Below, piece by piece: positions 1-12,284 of a DNA stretch of 64,000 nucleotides; the first letter of the stretch is position 1, and each line of letters opens with the position of its first letter. The stretch lies in the NCBI GenBank assembly GCA_026196575.1, contig JAPHSX010000038.1:2860-66859 (forward strand), in the 5' to 3' direction. This DNA comes from Gammaproteobacteria bacterium (GTDB lineage: Bacteria; Pseudomonadota; Gammaproteobacteria; Thiohalomonadales; Thiohalomonadaceae). The translations under genes and the position numbers were made by a program. The notes beneath the pieces were generated by a model. That model was not told where the DNA came from, made no database searches, and was given only the letters and a program-made list of their open reading frames with translations.

Positions 1-122
1 TCGTTGTCGCCTTTATGGATCCCGTCACGGTGCTCGGCCTGGTGGGGCGCGACGCGCTGCAAGGCCTTGGTGCCGAGGTGCGCGGCAAACTGGAGCGGGT
101 GCGTGATGCCCTGCGGGACTGA
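1..122 (+). CDS. 3' end of an unidentified gene (partial; start lies left of the window)
   Basis: Frame 3 is open from base 3 to TGA at 120-122, with strongly G/C-biased third positions (...FMDPVTVLGLVGRDALQGLGAEVRGKLERVRDALRD*). No family recognised from 39 residues. Confidence 0.45.
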   Translation, partial: VVAFMDPVTVLGLVGRDALQGLGAEVRGKLERVRDALRD

Positions 123-154
123 TTCTGCCGCCGGATAGCATGAGGAGTAGTGAG

Positions 155-631
155 ATGGGTGTAGTAAAAACAGGTCTCTTTCTGGCATTGGCCGCGCTGT
201 TGCCGCTGTCGTCACAGGCCGAGGATCAACCGGCACCACACGGCCAGAATGGGGCCGCAGCTTCCGCCCCCGGTATGCTCTCTCCTCCGGCACCACAGCC
301 CTTTGCCGGCGTCGAGTTCACCGCCGGGCAACGCCAGCAGATACAGCAGATGATGGAGCAGGAGCGCACGGCACACCAGCAGCGGGTCGAGAAGATGGCG
401 GCGGTGCAGGAGCAGTTGCAGCGCCTCTATATGGCCGAGCTGTGGGATGCGGCGGCGATCACCCGGCTCTATGAGACGCTGCACGCCGAACAGCGAAAAA
501 CCATTGCCGCCATGGCAGAGGCGCGCAACAAGGTCTATGCCCTGCTAAGCAAGGAGCAGCGCAAGCAGATGCAACAGTCTCAGCAGGAACAGATGAGGCG
601 CTTTGCCGCACCGTCGCGGCCGCAACAGTAG
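155..631 (+). CDS. Periplasmic Spy/CpxP-family (LTxxQ-type) stress protein
   Basis: ORF track 140..631; GAGGAG at 143-148 favours the in-frame ATG at 155. Signal peptide (LLPLSSQA/ED), then a Q/E/R-rich helical region with FTAGQRQQIQ and LSKEQRKQMQ motifs typical of CpxP/Spy/ZraP-like proteins. Confidence 0.7.
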   Translation: MGVVKTGLFLALAALLPLSSQAEDQPAPHGQNGAAASAPGMLSPPAPQPFAGVEFTAGQRQQIQQMMEQERTAHQQRVEKMAAVQEQLQRLYMAELWDAAAITRLYETLHAEQRKTIAAMAEARNKVYALLSKEQRKQMQQSQQEQMRRFAAPSRPQQ

Positions 632-706
632 CGATCCGTGCCAATGAGTGGGGCGGCAAGTTGGGGCTGTTCAGTGGCCAGCCAGTGACACGCGAGTAGC
701 CGGACG

Positions 707-1375
707 TTACCGGTTGCCGTAGACAAGCAGGTGGCGGTCACTCACCACCTTGACCTGAAGCTGCCCCAGCCCGGCCACGGCCAGTTGCTGTGTCACCTCC
801 TCGGGGGTGTAGGCGGCGTGCAGCGAGTTGCGGAACTCCCGCTTGAGTACCTCGGGTTCGTTGCCGGCGTAACGGCTGGTGAGGCTCTCGACCTGCGCCT
901 CCGTCTGAGGGCGCATCAGATCCATGATGACGATCGGCGCGCCGGGGGCGGCAAACTGCTTGATGGTCTGCCACAGCACCTGTGGATCGTCTAGGTGGTG
1001 CAACAGGCTGTTGCAGATGATGGCGCTGTAGTGCTCCTGCGGCAGTGTGTCGGTCGGCAGGGTGCGCTTGAACAGGCGCACCTGTTCATGCAGACGCAGC
1101 ATGTCGATGGTGATGCGGGCGAAGTGCAGCATCGCCTCGGAGCCGTCGATGGCGTGCATGCGCATCTTGGGGAAGGCGTCGGCAAAGCGTCTGCAGATGT
1201 CGGCGGCACCGCAGCCGAGATCGAGCACCAGACAGTCGAACTCCTCGCCGGGAAAATGCGTTTTAATCAGCTCGATAAAGTGGTTATGCGGCTCTTCGAA
1301 GTCGGCGTAGGCGTAGGCGCGCGCCTGCTCCATATCCTCCATCAGCTGCGGCTCGGGGGTGCGCGCCAGGCTCAT
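707..1375 (-). CDS. Class I SAM-dependent methyltransferase
   Basis: VLDLGCGAADI (motif I GxGxG) and later NSLLHHL motif. Start overlaps the lysA stop as ATGA (1372-1375), suggesting co-transcription. Confidence 0.8.
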   Translation of the reverse strand: MSLARTPEPQLMEDMEQARAYAYADFEEPHNHFIELIKTHFPGEEFDCLVLDLGCGAADICRRFADAFPKMRMHAIDGSEAMLHFARITIDMLRLHEQVRLFKRTLPTDTLPQEHYSAIICNSLLHHLDDPQVLWQTIKQFAAPGAPIVIMDLMRPQTEAQVESLTSRYAGNEPEVLKREFRNSLHAAYTPEEVTQQLAVAGLGQLQVKVVSDRHLLVYGNR

Positions 1376-2622
1376 CCGGGCAGCAGCCGTTCGCCAGCGA
1401 TGAGCTGGTCGAAGGTTTCGCGTGCGCGCACCACGTGTACGGTGCCGCCATCGACCATCAGCTCCACCGCGCGCGGGCGGCTGTTGTAGTTGGAGCTCAT
1501 GCTAAAGCCGTAGGCGCCGGCAGAGCGCACCGCCAGCAGGTCTCCCTCCCTGAGCGCCAGCTCACGCCCCTTGCCAAGAAAGTCGCCGGTCTCGCAGACC
1601 GGGCCGACCACGTCGTAGTGGCGGGGCGCCATGTCCTGGCGCGGTTCAACCGGGATGATCTTCATCCACGACTGGTAGAGTGCGGGGCGCATCAGGTCAT
1701 TCATTGCCGCATCGACGATGGCGAAATTCTTGTCCTCATTGTGCTTGAGGTATTCGACACGGGTGAGCAGCACCCCGGCGTTGCCAACGATGGCCCGCCC
1801 CGGCTCGATCAGCACCTTGAGGTCGCGCCCTGCCAGCAGGTCGAGCAGCGGCGCGGCGTAGTCACCGGGCAGCGGTGGGGCCTCTTGATTGTAGGTGATG
1901 CCGAGGCCGCCACCCAGGTCGATGTGGGAGAGGGAGATCCCCTGCCGGCAGAGGTGGTCAACCAGCTCAAGTACGCGCTCCAGCGCATCGACAAACGGCC
2001 CCACGTCGGTGAGCTGCGAACCGATGTGGCAGTCGACACCGATAACGCGCAGGTGCGGCATCTCGGCGGCGCGGGCGTAGACCGTTGGGGCCTCCTTGAT
2101 GGCGACGCCGAACTTGTTCTCTTTGAGGCCGGTGGAGATATAGGGGTGGGTTTTGGCATCGACGTCGGGGTTGACGCGTAGCGAAATGGGGGCCTCTACC
2201 CCCAGCATCTGCGCCACCGCGTTGATGCGCTCCAGCTCCGACTCCGACTCGACGTTAAAGCAGTAAATACCGAGTTGCAGCGCCCGCTGGATCTCCTCTG
2301 CCCGCTTGCCGACCCCGGAGAAGACCACCCGGGCCGGGTCGCCGCCGGCGGCCACCACCCGCTCCAGCTCGCCGCCGGAGACGATGTCGAAACCGGAACC
2401 GAGGCGCGCCATCAGGTTGAGCACGGCGAGGTTGGAGTTGGCCTTCACCGCGTAGCAGACCAGGTGGTCGACCCCGCTCAAGGCCGCATCAAAGGCGCGC
2501 CAGTGGCGTTCGATGGTGGCGCGGGAGTAGACGTAGGCGGGGGTACCGTGGTGCGCGGCCAGCTCGCTCAGGGGTACATCCTCGGCGCAGAGGTGGCCGT
2601 CGCGGTAGTTAAAATAGTCCAT
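1372..2622 (-). CDS. lysA: Diaminopimelate decarboxylase
   Basis: 416 aa; YAVKANSNLAVL (PLP-lysine region), DLGGGLGI and CETGDFL motifs of the fold-III PLP decarboxylases. Sits in the classic lptM-lysA context opposite cyaY. Confidence 0.95.
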   Translation of the reverse strand: MDYFNYRDGHLCAEDVPLSELAAHHGTPAYVYSRATIERHWRAFDAALSGVDHLVCYAVKANSNLAVLNLMARLGSGFDIVSGGELERVVAAGGDPARVVFSGVGKRAEEIQRALQLGIYCFNVESESELERINAVAQMLGVEAPISLRVNPDVDAKTHPYISTGLKENKFGVAIKEAPTVYARAAEMPHLRVIGVDCHIGSQLTDVGPFVDALERVLELVDHLCRQGISLSHIDLGGGLGITYNQEAPPLPGDYAAPLLDLLAGRDLKVLIEPGRAIVGNAGVLLTRVEYLKHNEDKNFAIVDAAMNDLMRPALYQSWMKIIPVEPRQDMAPRHYDVVGPVCETGDFLGKGRELALREGDLLAVRSAGAYGFSMSSNYNSRPRAVELMVDGGTVHVVRARETFDQLIAGERLLPG

Positions 2623-2625
2623 CTG

Positions 2626-2763
2626 TTATTTTTCTTCCGTCTGTTGTGAGGCGGTGGGTGGCAGGGTGAGCTCGCCCTTGGCTCCGCAGCCCGCAAGCAT
2701 GCTCGCCACGCCCAGCACGGCGATCACCACCCACAGTGTGTATTGTGCCCAGCAGATACGCAT
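2626..2763 (-). CDS. lptM: Small lipoprotein LptM (YifL-like); below the ORF-track size cutoff
   Basis: Hand translation: MRICWAQYTLWVVIAVLGVASMLAGCGAKGELTLPPTASQQTEEK*. Lipobox LAGC followed by G-x-KG-x-L-x-LP; stop lies 3 nt before the lysA ATG. Conserved position between cyaY and lysA. Confidence 0.75.
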   Translation of the reverse strand: MRICWAQYTLWVVIAVLGVASMLAGCGAKGELTLPPTASQQTEEK

Positions 2764-2858
2764 TACCAACCCTCCTTCGGGGGAATTACTTACTGCGGTT
2801 GATTATAAGGTGTTGTTAATATATTTACTAAATCCGTTAACTAGCGAGGCGCGATACC

Positions 2859-3182
2859 ATGATGAACGAGAGCGAATTTCACCAGCGGGTCGACGCCACG
2901 CTGCTGGCCATTGAGGAGGCGATTGACGAGAGCGAGGGTGACCTCGATTACGAAAATGCCGCCGGCATCCTCACCCTGACGCTGGCCAACGGCAGCCAGA
3001 TCATCATCAACCGCCAGACCCCGGTGCGGCAGCTCTGGCTGGCGGTGCGTAGCGGTGGTTACCACTTCGACTGGAGCGAGGCGGCGGGGGACTGGGTGGG
3101 TGACCGCGACGGCGCCCCCTTTGATGCGGTGCTGAACCAGGCACTGCTCGCCCAGGGGGGCGAGACGCTGAAGATCGCATAA
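2859..3182 (+). CDS. cyaY: Frataxin-like iron-sulfur cluster assembly protein CyaY
   Basis: 107 aa; EFHQRVDATLLAIEEAID...DLDYENAAGILTLTL.NGSQIIINRQTPVRQLWLA..SGGYHFDW matches the CyaY pattern. Divergent from lptM-lysA. Confidence 0.9.
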   Translation: MMNESEFHQRVDATLLAIEEAIDESEGDLDYENAAGILTLTLANGSQIIINRQTPVRQLWLAVRSGGYHFDWSEAAGDWVGDRDGAPFDAVLNQALLAQGGETLKIA

Positions 3183-3371
3183 TCGCAAAAGTTGTGGGAT
3201 TGCCCCGTAACCTCTGGCGCGATGGGGGGTAACCGTGATGCAGCTGTTTCGGCATACGGTTTGGTGGTGGGGGCGGCTACCATCGTGGCCGGATCGCTCC
3301 AGACAGCGCTTTGCCAAATAAATGAAAGGTGATTTTCTGGGCTCGGTAAGATGATCTTGTCTGTGGTCGGG

Positions 3372-3653
3372 TTAAATGCTGAACTCGCCGTACCATCCAT
3401 TCCCCTTAAAATCGAGGTGCAGTTGCGCGGGGGGCATCTTTCGCGCGCCACCCGCTTTTTCACCACACAGCTGAAATAGAGTTGCATCTCTGCCAGCAGT
3501 GACGTCTCGCGGTGCGTCAATTGCCGCGCCGCCCGCCGGGTCCAGCTCACCGTCAGTGCTCTGCCGCGTAGCGTGGTGTCGCACGGGGTTGAGGGCACGC
3601 CCCAGCAGGTCAAACGGGTTGGGGATGGCGAAGTCGCTCGATTTCAGGCTCAT
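3372..3653 (-). CDS. Hypothetical protein (uncertain frame/start)
   Basis: In-frame ATG at 3653 within ORF 3372..3728 (MSLKSSDFAIPNPFDLLGRAL...). No clear SD. A second same-strand frame (part of ORF 3059..3613) also has high GC3 here. See finding. Confidence 0.3.
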   Translation of the reverse strand: MSLKSSDFAIPNPFDLLGRALNPVRHHATRQSTDGELDPAGGAAIDAPRDVTAGRDATLFQLCGEKAGGARKMPPAQLHLDFKGNGWYGEFSI

Positions 3654-3787
3654 GACATTCTGTCGGGGTATTGGTTGAGGGCGCGGGGTCGGGGCACAAA
3701 CGACTCTTTCCTCCCTGTGGGATCTCATGTCTTTATATTGATGCGCCGTGGACAGGGGCCGCGTCGTTCACGGCCTCTGCCCCCGCC

Positions 3788-4012
3788 TCATATGTCGATC
3801 AACTGGGCGTGTACGCCGTTCTCCTCGGCAATCGCCACCAGGTCATGCGGGCAGAGCTCCTCCGGGTCATAGGCGATAAAGAGAAGGTGCTCTCTGGTGC
3901 TATGCAGATGTGCCTGCAAGCCACCAGGCCGGTTGCCAAAGGCACGCAGGAACTCCTGTTGCTGCGCGGCGTTCATCGTTTCATTAATGTGCATCAGAAT
4001 TTCGGTAGTCAT
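3788..4012 (-). CDS. Small conserved-looking hypothetical protein (74 aa)
   Basis: Internal ATG at 4012 of ORF 3788..4117, preceded by GGAGG about 7 nt upstream. MTTEILMHINETMNAAQQQEFLRAFGNRPGGLQAHLHSTREHLLFIAYDPEELCPHDLVAIAEENGVHAQLIDI. No family recognised. Confidence 0.6.
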   Translation of the reverse strand: MTTEILMHINETMNAAQQQEFLRAFGNRPGGLQAHLHSTREHLLFIAYDPEELCPHDLVAIAEENGVHAQLIDI

Positions 4013-4321
4013 GGGGTTATCCTCCGTTGCAGGGGCGGTGCGTACCACCGCGCGTTTACGGGAGCGGGTAGCCACTTCAGGAAAGCAACCAACCCGCAAT
4101 CTCCTCTGGACTGGCATCCTGCCATCAGGTTCTTAATGTATAGCCCTCTTTTTGCCGCCGGATCATTAAATCTTTTTGTCCCGTTTTCCCCTGTAACTGT
4201 TGCGGTAAAGGTAGCGGTGGCCGACGTGCTGCACCGCCCGCGGCGGGCCACATAGGCGCACCTGGGCGACCATGTTAGAATCGGCGGTTAATAATCAAGC
4301 AATAGCCCGGAACTCTCTCCC

Positions 4322-8077
<3,756 letters not shown>

Positions 8078-8179
8078 GAGCGGTCTCCAGGCCGCGAGCA
8101 GCCCGTAGGCTGGACAGTAAAGTAATGCCCAGCACACAGTAAACCTGGCTGTGAGGATGAATGCAGAGGGAACGCGATT

Positions 8180-8303
8180 ATGAGTCCAACAGTATTTAGG
8201 AAAGCGCTTCGTTTTCTTCTCAAGAGAGGAGTCGAGGAGGCATGTGCACATTATGTCCGGCGAGGGTGAAGCCAAGTTCCGGCTGGAGCCGGAGATAGAG
8301 TAA
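8180..8303 (+). pseudogene. Frameshifted remnant of a small DUF4160-like gene
   Basis: ATG 8180: MSPTVFRKALRFLLKRGVEEA.... A 1-nt frame change then gives ...HVHIMSGEGEAKFRLEPEIE* (stop 8301-8303). Resembles the MPTVFR..YRFFFYS...PPHVHV..GE.EAKFWLEP pattern of that family (recollection). Confidence 0.5.
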
Positions 8304-8452
8304 AGAGATCTCTATTGAGTTACGCGATAAGGCCGCTAACCCAACTTGCACGAGACGCGTCGTTCAGTCGACGCGCATCCGGACTTTCAGTCCGTAATTC
8401 AAACCCACCAGCGTTAGCTGATGGCTGTTTATTTTTGTTTGTCAGGTAGGTA

Positions 8453-9277
8453 ATGCAACGCATAGGCACATACTCACTGACGCAAAAAGTGGTCCTGTCA
8501 CTGTTGTTAACGGTGACGCAGGCGACAGTTTCCGCCTCTGATCATGGTGATGCGAGTCCGTTCCACGAGCCGGAGATGGTTGCTGTTCCCGGTGGTGAGT
8601 TTGTGATGGGAAGCCCCGATACAGAAGCGGGGCGTCACACCGATGAGGGACCGCAGCGCAGGGTCACCATCGCCCCTTTTGCGATGGGGCATCATGAGGT
8701 GACCTTTGCCGAGTGGGACGCCTGTGTCGCGGATGGGGGCTGTGAATATGCCCCGGACGAAAACGGATGGGGCCGGGAGCACAACCCGGTGATCAATGTC
8801 AGCTGGAACGACGTGCAACAGTACATCGCCTGGCTCAATCGCCGCAGCGGAAAGAACTACCGCCTGCCGAGCGAGGCCGAGTGGGAGTATGCGGCGCGAG
8901 CTGGCACCAGCACCCCCTTTGCCACGGGTGACTGCATCAGCAGCGCACAGGCCAACTTTCGTGGCGATCTGCCCTATGGGAACTGTCGACCGAGCGAGTT
9001 CCGTGGGCGTACCGCAGAGGCGGCGAGTCTGCCGCCAAATCCCTGGGGGCTGCACGATATGTACGGTAACGTCTGGGAGTGGACCGCTGACTGCTGGGCG
9101 GAGGATTACCATGGTGCGCCTTCGGATGGTACGCCGCGTGACGGCGGCGATTGTCGGGTGCGTGTGGTTCGCGGTGGTTCATGGCCATACGATGCGGGGG
9201 TGTTGCGCGCCGCCTTTCGTGACAAGTACCTGCTCGACCATCGCAACATCAGCCTGGGCTTTCGATTGGTGCGTTGA
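8453..9277 (+). CDS. Secreted formylglycine-generating-enzyme (SUMF1/FGE-sulfatase domain) family protein
   Basis: Signal peptide, then EMVAVPGGEFVMGS, NPVINVSWNDVQQYIAWLN, YRLPSEAEWEYAARAG, GLHDMYGNVWEW, RVVRGGSW and LGFRLVR, the hallmark blocks of the FGE-sulfatase domain. Confidence 0.85.
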   Translation: MQRIGTYSLTQKVVLSLLLTVTQATVSASDHGDASPFHEPEMVAVPGGEFVMGSPDTEAGRHTDEGPQRRVTIAPFAMGHHEVTFAEWDACVADGGCEYAPDENGWGREHNPVINVSWNDVQQYIAWLNRRSGKNYRLPSEAEWEYAARAGTSTPFATGDCISSAQANFRGDLPYGNCRPSEFRGRTAEAASLPPNPWGLHDMYGNVWEWTADCWAEDYHGAPSDGTPRDGGDCRVRVVRGGSWPYDAGVLRAAFRDKYLLDHRNISLGFRLVR

Positions 9278-9449
9278 TCCGCACATTTGATCATGGAACA
9301 CACCGCTCGCCCATTCAGTCATTTTGATCTGCTTGGGTGTGTGAGGGGGCGAGTAGTTACCCCATAGGTTGTCTATAGCCCTCACCGCCGGGAGTGTTGG
9401 CAACGAGGAATGACATGCCGCAAAGTGCCAGAAGCAGACACTTGTTTTA

Positions 9450-11528
9450 ATGAGTCGTCTATACTGGAGCAGTTCCAGCATTATGGGTCAGCATCGCCAT
9501 ATGACACGCTATTTCCGCCCTGACAGCAGCATCCCCATGCCAGCGTTGCTCAAACGCTTCGCACTGCTTTACCTGCCCATCGTGATCGTGCTTTCCATCA
9601 CTCTGCTGTCGCTCATGCGGCTCGATGAACAGGGGCGGTTGGCAGAAATAGAGGAGAGCGAGAGCATGCGCATCGCGGTTGCAGAGGCGCTGATTGCGCA
9701 AAATTTCTCGGTGCTCAGCGCCGAGCTGCGTCTCATCTCCAGCCTGCCCGGGCCGCGCCGCTATCTGGATAGTGGAGATTCGGTGCAGCGAGAGGAGCTG
9801 GAGGATTTTTTTCTGGTGTTGTCACATGGTGGGCAGTATTACGATCAGATGCGCTACCTTGATGCCAGCGGACAGGAGGTGATCCGCATCAGTCACAACG
9901 GAGGCAAGCCTGTCATCGTGCCGCGCGAGCAGTTGCAGGACAAGTCGGAACGCGATTACTTTCGTGATACGGTCAATCTCAAGCAAGGCGAAATATTTGT
10001 TTCGGCGCTAGATCTGAATATTGAGCAGGGTCGCGTGGAGACACCCTACAAGCCGATGATCCGCTTCGGCACGCCGGTGTTCGATAGCGCGGGGCGCAAG
10101 AAGGGTGTGATCGTGCTCAATTATTACGGGAATACATTGCTGCGGCAATTTCGCGAGGCGATGCAGGGGAAAGACCGGTATCGCAGCATGTTGCTCAATA
10201 GCGACGGTTACTGGCTGAGCAGTGAAAATCGTGAGGATGAGTGGGGCTTCATGCTGGGTAAAGACGAGCGTACCTTCGGGCATGATTTTCCAGAAGAGTG
10301 GCGCGTCATCTCTGCCACCGAGCAGGGATCGCTGCTGACAGAACGGGGCCTGTTTGTCTATGCCACGAGTTATCCGCTGCTGTCGGGACATCACTCTTTC
10401 GCGGCTTCTGACATGGCGCATGCGCACAGTCAGCAGGAAGCGCAGGAGCACAGATACTACTGGAAAATTGTATCGTTTGTTCCGCGTGCCGTTCTGGCGG
10501 AGACGGCCTTTTACCGCCAAATTGGCAGCAAGATATTGCTCTTCTTTGTCTATCTGTTGCTTGCACTGGGCGCATGGATCACCGCCCTCGCCACGCTAGG
10601 CAGTAAGCAGGCGGAAAATGCATTCCACTTAATTGGGCAAAAACACCGATTGCTGTTTGAGAGTTCGCGTGATGCCCTGATGATTGTGGCGCCGCCATCC
10701 TGGAACTTCACTGATGCGAATCAGGCAGCACTGCAGTTGTTTGGGGCATCAGGTTTGGCCGAATTCACTGCTCACGGACCGTCGGATGTCTTGCCAGAAC
10801 GGCAGCCGGACGGGAGTCTTTCAAGCGAAAAAGTACAGGAATTCATTGCAATAACCATGCGTGAAGGGTCACATTCTTTCGAATGTGAACACCAGCGACT
10901 GGATGGCCGGCCGTTTGCCGCCGATGTGCTGCTGACCCGCATGGCAGTGGGTAACGATACGTTTATTCAGGCCACCGTGCGTGACATCTCGGAGCGCAAG
11001 CAGCTGGAAGAGGAGTTGAGGCATCAGGCGCGCATCGATCTGTTGACCGGCATCAATAACCGGCGCCATTTCTTCGAGTTGGCGGAGCAGGAGCGGGTGC
11101 GGGCCAAACGGTATGGTGTGCCGCTGCCGGTGTTGATGCTGGATGTGGATCACTTCAAATTGGTTAACGACACCTATGGACACCTTGTCGGTGACACGGT
11201 GTTGCAAAAGCTGAGTGAAGTTTGCACCCACACCTTGCGTGAAATCGACATATTCGGGCGCCTCGGCGGTGAGGAATTCGCCATTCTGTTGCCGGAGACA
11301 AAAATGGAGCGGGCACTGGAAGTGGCGGAGCGGCTGCGGCTGGCTGTGGCTGACGCGACCGTGCCAATCGAACAGGGTGGTTCCGTTCACTTCACGATTT
11401 CGATCGGGGTAGCCATGTTTGTGGCAACGGATGCCAAGGTTGGTGACATACTCCATCGCGCTGACCTGGCCTTGTATGCAGCGAAAAATGGTGGGCGCAA
11501 CCGGGTGTGCCGTGAAGAGGCTGGCTGA
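9450..11528 (+). CDS. Membrane sensor diguanylate cyclase (Cache-like periplasmic domain, PAS, GGDEF)
   Basis: Two TM segments flank a roughly 300-aa extracytoplasmic region (DYFRDTV...GEIFVSALDLN...PMIRFGTPVF, Cache-like). PAS follows, then GGDEF (RLGGEEFAILL). The true start may be one of the in-frame ATGs at 9483, 9501 or 9537. Confidence 0.9.
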   Translation: MSRLYWSSSSIMGQHRHMTRYFRPDSSIPMPALLKRFALLYLPIVIVLSITLLSLMRLDEQGRLAEIEESESMRIAVAEALIAQNFSVLSAELRLISSLPGPRRYLDSGDSVQREELEDFFLVLSHGGQYYDQMRYLDASGQEVIRISHNGGKPVIVPREQLQDKSERDYFRDTVNLKQGEIFVSALDLNIEQGRVETPYKPMIRFGTPVFDSAGRKKGVIVLNYYGNTLLRQFREAMQGKDRYRSMLLNSDGYWLSSENREDEWGFMLGKDERTFGHDFPEEWRVISATEQGSLLTERGLFVYATSYPLLSGHHSFAASDMAHAHSQQEAQEHRYYWKIVSFVPRAVLAETAFYRQIGSKILLFFVYLLLALGAWITALATLGSKQAENAFHLIGQKHRLLFESSRDALMIVAPPSWNFTDANQAALQLFGASGLAEFTAHGPSDVLPERQPDGSLSSEKVQEFIAITMREGSHSFECEHQRLDGRPFAADVLLTRMAVGNDTFIQATVRDISERKQLEEELRHQARIDLLTGINNRRHFFELAEQERVRAKRYGVPLPVLMLDVDHFKLVNDTYGHLVGDTVLQKLSEVCTHTLREIDIFGRLGGEEFAILLPETKMERALEVAERLRLAVADATVPIEQGGSVHFTISIGVAMFVATDAKVGDILHRADLALYAAKNGGRNRVCREEAG

Positions 11529-11709
11529 CAAGTCTTATCTTGACCATCCGCTTTTGAGGAGATCGATCAGCCGGTTGGTTCAAGCGCCCCTCTGCCGGAG
11601 CCTCTCCAGGCTGCCTTCACTCGGGCTTGGTGCAGAGCGTCGGAATGATAGTGCCGAGGGGAAGAATTGCTAAAACCGGGAGTAATGGCGTCAGGGTAAT
11701 TCGCTTCGG

Positions 11710-12282
11710 TCAAATCGAACGGGTGACGAGTCCGTAGAGTACCTGTCCGGCCTGTTTCTGGCGCACCATCTCCCAGCCGGCGGGAAGCGCGGGCGTACCC
11801 AGCTCCTGCTCCACCTCGATATAGATACGGGCGTTGTCACCCAGCCACCCCTCGCGGCAGAGCGCCTGCAGACAGGGCTGCAGCAGCCCCTGGTGAAAGG
11901 GGGGGTCGAGAAAGACCAGATCAAAAGGGCGGGGTGGCGGTGTGTTGCGCAGAAAGGCGATGGCCTCGCCCTGAACCACGCTGCCGCGCTCATCCTGCAG
12001 TAGCGCCAGATTCTCCCTGATAGAGTGCACGGCGCGCCGGTCACTGTCGACAAAGCTCACCGCAGCGGCGCCGCGGGAGAGGGCCTCCAGCCCCAGTGCG
12101 CCGCTGCCGGCAAAGAGGTCGAGGCAGTGCGCACCGTGGATCAGGGGTTGCAGCCAGTTGAAGAGTGTCTCGCGTACCCGGTCAGTGGTGGGGCGCAGCC
12201 CCGCCACCTCGGGAAAACCCAGCCTTCGCCCACGCCATGTGCCGCCGATGATGCGCAGCTGGTTGGGTCCCCGCTGGGCCAT
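11710..12282 (-). CDS. rsmD: 16S rRNA (guanine966-N2)-methyltransferase
   Basis: LRIIGGTWRGRRL.FP...GLRPTTDRVRETLFNWL, LDLFAGSGALGLEALSRGA and DPPF motifs. Confidence 0.9.
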   Translation of the reverse strand: MAQRGPNQLRIIGGTWRGRRLGFPEVAGLRPTTDRVRETLFNWLQPLIHGAHCLDLFAGSGALGLEALSRGAAAVSFVDSDRRAVHSIRENLALLQDERGSVVQGEAIAFLRNTPPPRPFDLVFLDPPFHQGLLQPCLQALCREGWLGDNARIYIEVEQELGTPALPAGWEMVRQKQAGQVLYGLVTRSI

Positions 12283-12284
12283 GG

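Noticed and set aside
3059-3613. 184-aa minus-strand ORF as a whole.
   Set aside because: It has a TTG start of convenience. GC3 bias collapses below about 3440, and the ORF would overlap the cyaY 3' end by 124 nt. Only its central part is retained, as an alternative frame in the 3372-3653 finding.
4118-4321. Possible cobalamin riboswitch upstream of metH.
   Set aside because: No B12-box-like element or the usual multi-stem core could be recognised by eye. metH is also not the usual riboswitch target. An Infernal scan would settle it.
8330-8425. tRNA-like fold (closing stem GCTAAC/GTTAGC and a hairpin with a CTTTCAG loop resembling a UUC anticodon loop).
   Set aside because: Only two internal hairpins are present. 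There is no D arm or T arm (no GTTCRA loop), and the stem lengths are wrong for a cloverleaf. It is kept only as an unexplained structured spacer.
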